A DNA stretch of 64,000 bases from Eledone cirrhosa (lineage: Eukaryota). The notes under the pieces were generated by a model that saw nothing but the letters and a program-made list of their open reading frames with translations, searched no databases and was not told the DNA's origin. Position numbers and translations under genes: made by a program. Where the stretch lies: contig OZ024743.1 in the NCBI GenBank assembly GCA_964016885.1, positions 174,964,001 to 175,028,000 on the forward strand, in the 5' to 3' direction. Shown here in pieces: positions 54,040-64,000 of this stretch (position 1 is its first letter; every line of letters starts with the position of its first letter).

Positions 54040-56245
54040 CAACAATAATAATAACGACAACAATAATAATATACATATACATATATATATACACACACAC
54101 GTACACACATAAGCATATCTACACACACACACACGATAGCAACTAACAGCGCTGCGATCGAATGTGGCTTTTTAGCCCAGCCAATGATCTAAAATGTCTT
54201 GCACAGAGTCGGCAACCAAAACATTTACTGGGAATAGTCGGCTGTGGTTGGAGTTCGTGTACTTTTGCATGTCGCTTGAGCCCTCCTGCTGATTTACATT
54301 CTCTACCACATGTTTGGCAAGCATGATGAGTAGCATCTCCAACAGCAGCCTGGTAGTCAACCACTGGTCTTACTTTATGAATGCGAAGATGACTTTCGAG
54401 TCCAGCTTTGCTTAGGCAGAGTCTCGCACATACGCTGCATGTCAGCACCATAGGAGGACCCTCGCCGTCTGGAAGTGCAACAGCAATGCCCTTCCTCACA
54501 TCCCGCTTTACTTTCTCGTATGCGATTCGAGATGCCTCAAAGGCAACTTTTCCCTCATATACAGTCTTTCTCCATTTATTACGATCAGCAGCAACATTCT
54601 CCCATGTATCAGCAGAGATGTTAGCGTCTTTCAGAGAGGCTTTCAAGGAATCCTTATACCTCTTTTTTGGTTTATGTGGCGGACGTTTTCCTTTAACCAA
54701 CTCTCCATAAAAGAGTTGTTTTGGTATTCTAGAATCCTTCATCCTGGCAAGGTGACCACTCCAACGTAGTCGTTGCTTAAGCACAAGAGCTTCTATACTG
54801 TCACACATAGAGCTTTCCAAAATCTCGACATCACTGATGTGGTCCCTCCAGTGAATTCTATGGATCCGTCTGAGACACATCTGATGGAAACGCTCCAATT
54901 GCTTAAGGTGGTGTCGATATGTGACCCAGGTCTCGCAGGCATAAAGAAGACAAGAGAGCACACATGCCCTGTACACCTTTACCTTTGTTCTCCTGCATAT
55001 GTCACGCCGACCCCAGAGTCGCCTTTCTAGCTTTCCGAAAACATCACTTGCTTTCCTAATCCTAAGTGAGATTTCACTGTCAAGGTTGCTGTATCGATTG
55101 ACAGTGCTTCCCAGGTAGACAAACTGATCAACCACTCCAAGTCGTTTGCCATACACATAGATGTTTGGTTCAGTGTACTGCTTACCAGGGGCAGGTTGGT
55201 ACATGACGACGGTTTTCTTGAGACTGACAGTCAGACCTAGGGCAGTGCAAGCGTCAGAAAATGTATTCAAAATGTGCTGCATATCACTCTCTGTGTGCGC
55301 TACAAGATCGCAATCATCTGCATGCAAGAGGTCTCTTATGATTGATGTAAATACTTTTGTCTTCGCAGCAAAGCGCCTGATGTTAAATATGCTGCATGAG
55401 GTTCGATATCGGATGTAAACACCATGCTCGCAATTCCTGAATGCAATACAGAAAACCATTGCAAAGTATATGGCAAACAGGGTCGGTGCTGGAATATCCC
55501 CTGTTTCACTCCATTTTTTACTGAGATAGGCTCCGACATGTTACCCCCGACATTAACCCAAGCCTTCATGTCATCATGGAAAGACCTAACTAAAGCAAGG
55601 AACTTATCAGGGCAACCAAGTTTCTGGAGAACCTTCCATAATGCATCTCTGTTAACAGTATCGAAAGCCTTTGTCAGATCGACAAAAACCTGATACAGAT
55701 CCAAGCCTTGTTCCATGCACTTCTCCTGGAGCTGTCTAGCTGACAAGATCATATCAGTAGTGTCACGTCCAGCACGAAAACCAGATTGACTTTCAGGAAG
55801 AACACAATCTGCAATGTGTGTCAGCAGACGGTCCAGAAGCACCCTACATAAAACTTTCCCTACGACAGAAAGCAATGATATACCTCTGTGGTTCCCACAA
55901 TCGTTCCTGTTACCCTTTCCCTTGTACAAGACCACCATTACTGCATCTCTCCAGTCCTCAGGTACGGATTCATTAGCCCATATCCTGCCAAACAAAGAGT
56001 GAAGATGCTGCAGGAGTCTCTCACCACCATATTGTAGGAGCTCAGCATGTATGCCATTCATACCTGGAGATCTTCCACTGTTCAGCTTCGAAATAGCCAC
56101 TGCAACCTCCACAAGCGTCGGAGGTTCTGCGAGAGCTACTTTCACAGGACTTTCTGGAATGAGATTGAGGAAATCTTCACTGACGACAGACGGCTGATTC
56201 AAAAGATCATCAAAGTGCTCTCACAACTGTCTCCAGTTGTGATAG
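54040..56245 (-). pseudogene. RTE-clade LINE, 5'-truncated RT with three C-terminal C2H2-like fingers
   Basis: RSPGMNGI, NHRGISLL, DLTKAFD, GVKQG, frameshift near 55495, HADD in place of YADD; no APE domain. Confidence 0.88.
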
Positions 56246-57828
56246 GCCGGGGAGTGTAAAATCCTCCACAGGCGTTAGTTTTGCTTGTGGCGTGGTGGAT
56301 GGTGTAGGCGCTGGTGCTAGTTCTGAAATGTTGGGTGGTGGTGGTGTTGGTTTTGCTGGTGGTGGTGGTGGGGTTGGTTTTGCTACTGTTGCTGGGGTTG
56401 ATGCTGTTATAGTTGCTTCTGTTGTTGCTGCTACAGTTGTTGCTGCCATCTCTGTTACTGGTGGTGTTGATGGTTGTGTCACTGGGGTGGGTAGGAGAGG
56501 TGGCCTCAACCTTTTAGCCTGAGGGCAGAAAGCCCCTAGGTGGGTTCCTTCACCACAAACGACACACCTAGGTCTTCTGCCCTCGACAATTACCGTGAGG
56601 TGGCTGCCGTCAGTGAGGTCTATTACCTCTGGGATCTCCTCAATGCTTTTTTGGTCCGCTTGGATCAGGAGCTCCATCCCAGATCCGGACCAGTTCTCCT
56701 GCTTTTCTTTTGCTATTGCTATTATTTTTGTGTTGGCTTCGATGCCGGCGAGGACGGCCGCTATTAGCCAGGGAATTTCGATGGCCGGTGAAACGTGGGT
56801 CACCCTGATCTTTACGAGTCTCTGGCCACAATAGCTTGGGACGAGTGTGAAGTCGTCACTTCTTAATGGGGCCATGGAGTGTTCTCTAGCCTCCTCTGGT
56901 GTTTCAAAGAACACGTCCACGGTTCCATACTTCTGCCTACGTCTGATTTTTCTTGCCCACACATGTCCCAAAGCTTTTTGGATTTGGGACTCGGATGCCC
57001 GTTCCACTCAGCGCGATTTTACATTTATTGTTCGATACGACACGGTGCATAGGCGCCGATGCTCCATTTTATTAGGTGGGGGTGAGGCTGACCCTGTACC
57101 CAACTTTCTTTACCATTTGTTTGGCATTTTCTAAATCCTCCTGAGTTACCGTAAATGCTTCTAACTGTTTTGCTACTCTGGCAAAACTGAGGGTGGTTTT
57201 TATAATGTCATTGTTGTTGTTGTTGCTATCGTTATTTGTGTTAATATTAATTTTAGTTTCAGTTGTGGTGGTGGTGACGTCAGTCGTCTTTGGTGGGGAA
57301 GAGTCCATTTTGCTTGATTTCATTTCGACATCAGGAGTTAATTTATTTTTTTCTTCTTTTGTTTCTGTTGTCGCGGTGGTGGTGGGGGCTGGGGGGGGGG
57401 GGTTGTCGCGGTGGTGGTGGTGGTGGAGGCTTTAACACCTGCAGTCATTGGTAATGGCGGGAAATGAATGTCTGCCTGAGACAAATTTAAAATATTGCCA
57501 CTGCTTATATTTTTTGTAGTGTTGGCAAACGTAGTAACATTTACAATGGTGGTGTCGGTGTGAGGTGTTAATTTGTGAGAAAGGCTTTCAGCTGCTTGGT
57601 GCAGAGGTGAATTAACCATTTTTTTTCAAAGAAATTTTTTGATAATCATAAAAGTTTAAATTTTGGGCACAAGGCCCCAATCTTTTTGGGTGTCCTTTTC
57701 GGAAAACAATGTATGTGCGCTTATATATGGTTAACAATAAAAATTTTCCATAAATGGCAATTTTTAACAAACGGAAATAACAAACCTTTGCGGAGCTCAC
57801 GATGATACGATTTACTACGTAGGTCGCC

Positions 57829-57830
<2 letters not shown>
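56246..57830 (-). pseudogene. 5' UTR + disrupted ORF1 of a second Tx1-like family
   Basis: GRRPRCVVCGEGTHLGAFC knuckle; clear similarity to 52771-54024; begins at a (TTA)n tract. Confidence 0.75.
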
Positions 57831-57870
<40 letters not shown>

Positions 57871-57935
57871 TATTATTATTATTATTAATGCACTCGTGCA
57901 ATGCCTGTGCGTGACGAATATTTTTAAAGTGAGGA

Positions 57936-58247
57936 AAGACTGTGCACTGAGCCAATCCCACTCTCTGAGCGATAGTAGCTATAACTCGAAAAGAAGAAAA
58001 GATCAACATCATCGGTAACTACTGAGCCGCAGGTTTTATGTCGGAGTTAACCCAGTTTCCTGAGATGCCTTCTCCTAGAAGAATGCCCTTGTCAGGGCAT
58101 TCTTCTAGGAGAAGGCATCTCAGGAAACTGGGTTAACTCCGACATAAAACCTGCGGCTCAGTAGTTACCGATGATGTTGATCTTTTCTTCTTTTCGAGTT
58201 ATAGCTACTATCGCTCAGAGAGTGGGATTGGCTCAGTGCACAGTCTT
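57936..58247. repeat. Perfect palindrome, 154 bp arms, 4 nt loop
   Basis: 57936-58089 is the reverse complement of 58094-58247. Confidence 0.92.
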
Positions 58248-58369
58248 ATATATATATATTACCGTCATTACTGATACAAGATTACAAGATTATGTCAACT
58301 GTTGACTTTCAAGAGTTTGTATAGTTGAAGTCGATCGTACTACAGTCCAGTATTATTATAATTGCTTTA

Positions 58370-58515
58370 CAGCATAGAGTCACGGCCCTCCACGCTCTGA
58401 GCTCAAATCCCGCCGAGGTCAACCTTGCCTTTCATCCCCACGGAGTCAACAAAAGAGAGTACCAGTGATGCGCTGGGCCAGTCCCTGGATCCGTGCCAAA
58501 AGCAGAAAAATTATT
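58370..58515 (+). mobile_element. Diverged tRNA-derived SINE
   Basis: ctgagctcaaatcccgccgaggtcaaccttgcctttcatcc. Confidence 0.65.
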
Positions 58516-58813
58516 ATTAAAGTTGTTTTCTTAAGGCCCGGTCACTGGTGATGGCGGCGGCGGTAGTGGTGGTGGTGGCAATTGATGTTGTTGTTGTGCT
58601 GTGTGCGTGTGTGTGTGTGTGTTTTGTTATTTTGAGTTTTTTTTTTTGTTTTTTTATATCTTTTGATGCCGCTGTTGTTGTTGTTGTTGTTGTAAATGTT
58701 CATTTCAGTTCATTCTGAAGCTGTTGTTGCTGTAAACATTAGTGCCGGTGTTGTTGTTGTAGATGTTGGGGTTGAAATCTGGTCGTTTGACTGAGTGATA
58801 TATATACACACAT

Positions 58814-58849
<36 letters not shown>

Positions 58850-58894
58850 AAAAATAAACCAAAGAAGCCTTCAATACATCAAAAGTCTTTATTA

Positions 58895-58932
58895 GCCAAC
58901 AATGTTTCGTCCTATTAAGGACTCATCAGGGC
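58895..58932 (-). ncRNA. Minimal type I hammerhead ribozyme, family H
   Basis: Reverse complement: gcc-CTGATGA-gtcct-taat-aggac-GAAA-cattg-TT-ggc, then aataaa; at the 3' end of the Penelope UTR. Confidence 0.8.
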
Positions 58933-59246
58933 AAGTAAAGCTACAAGAAGCACTATCGGCCAATACAAACCAAAAACTCAGAAGAATATGGAGTATACAT
59001 CTATTAAAGCCTAGGAAGGATATCAAGGAAAAGTAGGCTAAGATTGAGAGCGAGCAGTTACAAACACAGATATAGACCAAATAGCACGGAAGTGGTTAAC
59101 ATGTTGAACCCACATTGTAAATATTATATAATGCAAAAACTTGAAATACAAATGGTAATATAAAGCGATAATTACAGTACGATATAGAATATAACATAAT
59201 ATATAATATATAATATAATATAATAGATGGTGACAACAAAAAGCTT

Positions 59247-59298
<52 letters not shown>

Positions 59299-60646
59299 TA
59301 CATTAGTACAAACATAAACTAACACTCATTGAGTATTTAAATATATATATATATATATTGTTTACAGTATAATATAATAATAAAGATAAAAATAAGAATA
59401 AAGATAAAAATAAAAATAAAAATAAAATATAATATATAATTCCCTGTCAGTGTGCATAAACAATATAAAAACATTATAATAACATTATAATAACAATATT
59501 ATAATATATTGGCATCAAAAGATATACAAAATTACATCATACATATAATTCAAGGTTAACAAATAGTATAAAGTTTTACACAGGGTAAGAAAAAAATTCC
59601 TATAGAACTAAATAGTGTTGAAAAAATTGTGTTGAACAAATATCTATACCACTGCAACACATACACGGAGGTGAAGTCGTTTTACATTGGATAAACATTA
59701 TCAAAATATCACAAAATATTACAAAATATTACAAAATATAATATAATACTTCAAAACACATATATTAAAATCTATAATACGATTACATAAAAATGATATG
59801 ATATAACAACATTAATATCAAATATCAAACAGAGTCTAAGGAGATGCTTAATAAATATTTACGTGTTTGAGATACACAGACAAATATTAATGAACAGCGT
59901 GTGGTAGTAAAAAAATAAATAAAATAAACCGAAGATCGAAAAACAAAAACAAGTATATTTACTTAGGTGTCACAAGCGGTTAAGTAAAAGAAGAGATAAA
60001 AATGTAAGCGGCGAATTGACTAGAAAACCTTTTCAAATTAATTAATATTAAAAGTATTTAAAATACATATTTAGTCACTTCAAAATTGGCTATCGTTTAA
60101 GTCATCAAAAACGTATAAGTTTGAGATATTTCAATAAAATTATCAAGAATAGAGTAAAATATGCTCCGTTCAGTCGAATAACGTTATCAAATAAAAGGAC
60201 TCTAAATAGAACTATGGTAGACCAATGGGAGCAGAAAGAAGAGAGGTTATGGAGGATAGGAAGGAGAATAAAAGTAAATGCATATATTATATAATATCAT
60301 AAAAGGAGCATAAAGGTGAAATTTATATATAGTATAATAGAAGGGGCGGATATTAAGTGTGTAGAGGAGGAGGTACATTAGTTGAATGAGACTCCAACCA
60401 AAGTATTTAATAAGATATAAGCCCATAAGGTGTTAGTAGTGAAACTATAATAATGCTTAAGACGATAGATAGGGTATGGTAGCCAAAAGACTATGGAAAC
60501 TAAAATCGAAAAGTTGTAAAAAAAACTAATAATAATAAAGATGATTGTAATCAAAATGAACCCAAACAAAAAAGATAAGGAAATATAGCAGCTAATGGAT
60601 ACGATTTAAACTACCAGAACTTTTAGGTCTATAATAGAAGAAAGAA

Positions 60647-62862
60647 TTAGAAATGGCATGGGGGGCAGGAAGAAAAAATCTCAAACTTTCTATTAAGCAA
60701 AACCTCCCTAGAGAAAATTATAGAGTGGGTCTCTAGGATACAGAGATTACAGAATTTAGTGTGTGTTGATAGGTTATTAGAGCGTGCTACTATACGCCAA
60801 TTAAGGCTATATGGTATGCCTGCCCCTTTAAGATCCCAGATATGGTGTGCTAAAGAAGTAGAGTTCTTAAACTTAACATGCTTAAAATTAGAGATATGAG
60901 AATTAAACCTAGTTTTAAAAGTATTTGATGTGGAGCCTATATACGTGCTATTAGAAGAATTCGCCTTAACTTCACAAGCATAAACAATGTTCCTAGAGAG
61001 GCAGTGACCATTTAAAGGGCAGTCAATACTCACTCTACAATTACACTTCCTGGTGCTATTTACCGGCTGAATAAGTGATGCATCATTTCTAGGGTTAATG
61101 TAAGATAAGGTCTGCTCAGATGGTAAGGCATTAATGGATCTATCAAGACTAGTAGTACGCAAAGAGGAGTAGCTGTCCCTAATTTTCTTATTGTTAGTGC
61201 TAGCTAAATGAGAACTAATATTAGGGGTGGTAGAGAATGATAGTTTAATTACATTTTTATTAAAAATACCATGGTATTTATTAGTAGGAGGGAAATTTTT
61301 CTCTAAGATAGAAAAGAAAGACCTAGGGATGTTAGTTAATACTTCATGATCATAAGGCGGGTTAAAATAAGTATTGAGTCTCCTCCTATTTCTATCCTTA
61401 CGAACTCTACCGTTATCCAGTATCCCACCAATAGGATCAGGGTTACTACGAGTACTATTTGAAACAACATTATTAGAAGCAGCCAAAACCCCGTTGAGTC
61501 TCCTTCTGTTTCTACCTTTAGTATATCTACTGTTATCTGGAATCATATCAATAGGATTAGGGCTACTACCAGGATCAGTTGAAACAACACTATTAGAACC
61601 AGTTTAAACATTACCGCTGGGTGAGCGATCAGAGTGCCTAACTTGTTCCCTAGAACTAATCCCGAAAAGTGTACCATTAGACTCAGTATTACGATTACGG
61701 TAGCTTAACCTATGGATGGGTTCGGATACACCTATGGGATTTCTACGATTCTTATGCTTTCTACTCCCATTCATGGCCATATTATGGGAAATTACGTTAT
61801 TATTATTATGGGTAAATGGAGACTTTCTAAGGTTGTTCTCATTATAACGTATTTTACCAGAGTAACCAGAGTTAGCTAGGGTATTATTATAGTACTCTGC
61901 ATGTGAATTAAATATTCCTATATCCTTAGAGAGTGTGGAAATTCTATTAGATACACCGTTAATTATAGAGCTAATCATAGATTTGGGGTGGTTAGAATTG
62001 GGATTAACATAAGAGAGTATTTCATTAGGCTTATGGAAGGGTTTATAACTATTAGTGACCAAGTCCAAAGTCACATCTAAAAAGTTGACCGCTCTATCAT
62101 TTCTATCAATCGTGATCGAAAGGTTAAAACTTTTAAAAAATGTATAAAGTTTCTTCCTGTTATGCTCTATATTGTTGTGTGCTAGAGTTTATCACAAACA
62201 ATGCATCGTCACGATAAAGTCCGCCTTTAAGGTGCGGAAATGTAACATACAGTTCATTTAGGAGGAACAGCCCAACAAGATCAGTTACCTGGGCCGAATC
62301 ACTCGAACCCATTGTAACGTCGAAATTGTTGGGTGTGTTTTTACGCGTCCAAAGTGTATCCTCGAATTTGATGATTGTCCTACGGGCTGCTAGTATAACA
62401 TCAATCTGCGGTCGTGTAAGGCTAGACACTCGCATGGCCATAATTAAGGCTTTATTAAGGAGGATAGGTGAAATCGAGGTGTAATAGGCATCAATATCAA
62501 ACTGGATAAACCTACTAGACCCAAGTTTATTAATACCAGAGAACCAATCTATAACGTCCTTAGTGTTCCCCCATAGATTAAAATGAACCTTTTCCCTAAC
62601 GGCTGGTATAATCAGGTCAAGGATTTTCTTACTAATTATAGCTATATCAGACTTAGAAGGACTAATGAGTCTAACAGAGGGATTACTAATGAAGTCTACC
62701 TTATGATCCTTAAGAGTGAATCTCGGTTCCCTAGGGTAATATGGCTGGGTATACTTATCAAGGCCCAGGTTCGAAACTATCTTGAGACCCTCATTATTGA
62801 TATGATCCAAATTATCTTGCGTTGTCTTTTTGTAATTTTTATGCAGCTCCTTACAGCTCCTT
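60647..62862 (-). pseudogene. Penelope RT + GIY-YIG polyprotein, frameshifted
   Basis: TLKDHK..VRLISP, QFDIDAYY, TMGSSD, GGLYRDD, NFLDVTLDL, YFNPPY, CNCR..CPLNGHC, IVYAC..YIGST, CNLCILE. Confidence 0.9.
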
Positions 62863-63311
62863 ATATATATATATATATACACATTCAACAGAGAGTAGAG
62901 AGTTTGACAACAGGTCAATGACTTTAGTCTAGATAGGGTAATGACATGTGATGGTGGGGAGAGAGTGTAGAAGTTATTGTGGTGGCGGGGGACAGTGAAA
63001 TGTATCTAGTTCATTTGACCGTTTTCTTCTCTTTGTAAAATTTGAATTTTAGCCATTGAGATGTAAGTAAATGTAAAATGTAAAATATAAATAAGGATTG
63101 CTCTGCTAAAATATACTAAAATATTTGTGTAACTTCCACAAACTTCTGTCGTGACATTCCCGAGTCCAGTGACCAACAAATTGTTGTATTTTGATGTTTC
63201 AGAATACAAAAATTAATTAAAAACTTACCCCACGAAAAGACAGCGTGTGTTGTCCATCTATAAGCTCCCTCATATATATACATATATACATATATATATA
63301 CATATATATAC

Positions 63312-63378
<67 letters not shown>

Positions 63379-63433
63379 CATATATATATACATATATATA
63401 TATATATACATACATATATATATATATATATAG

Positions 63434-63628
<195 letters not shown>

Positions 63629-63723
63629 CATATATATATCTATATATATATACATATATATACATATATATATATACATATATATATACATATATACATA
63701 TATATATACATATATATATATAC

Positions 63724-63785
<62 letters not shown>

Positions 63786-63931
63786 GCATATATATATATG
63801 TACATATATATATATATGTATATGATTTTTAATGCGATGAAATATCAATGATGGTTGGCAAATCACTGACGAAGGACTAATTTTATCATATGTAACCCAT
63901 GTGCAACCACGCAGTATTTTTCTTTCTTCTC

Positions 63932-63992
<61 letters not shown>

Positions 63993-64000
63993 TAGAAAGT

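Larger units (their letters stand above)
48340..54040 (-). mobile_element. Tx1/L1-clade LINE, near full length
   Basis: ORF1 + ORF2; 3' UTR with AATAAA then a (TTA)n tail. Confidence 0.9.
58845..62862 (-). mobile_element. Penelope-like element (Neptune-type), long 5'-truncated copy with 1.8 kb 3' UTR
   Basis: RT and GIY-YIG coding at 60647-62862 and a terminal hammerhead; (TA)n at both ends. Confidence 0.85.

Overview
This is AT-rich, microsatellite-saturated eukaryotic DNA. The tRNA-derived and CORE SINEs and the LINE mix suggest a cephalopod such as octopus, but that is an inference. No host protein-coding gene could be supported; almost everything is retroelement-derived. (1) A (TA)n-associated compartment (about 1-37.5 kb and 57.9-64 kb) holds fragments of several Penelope-like (RT + GIY-YIG) families and short non-coding units. 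Reading both strands I found 20 type I hammerhead ribozyme motifs in 9 sequence families, one with a compensatory U3-A8 core. The compartment also holds many fold-back palindromes, a 5.3 kb inverted duplication and three terminally redundant 541-641 bp units resembling retrozymes. A bulged hairpin (TACTC-variable stem-UH-GAGTG) recurs with covariation in about six otherwise dissimilar families and is the best novelty candidate. (2) An (AAT)n-associated nest (38-57.9 kb) holds two R4/Dong elements (one with an intact 1130 aa ORF), a Tx1/L1 element (intact 1140 aa ORF2), two RTE fragments with three C-terminal C2H2 fingers, and Tx1-like 5' leaders joined to other LINE bodies. A decayed mariner, a CRE-like element, SINEs and minisatellites lie at 25.8-31.6 kb. 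All RNA structures were folded by eye and none has been tested.
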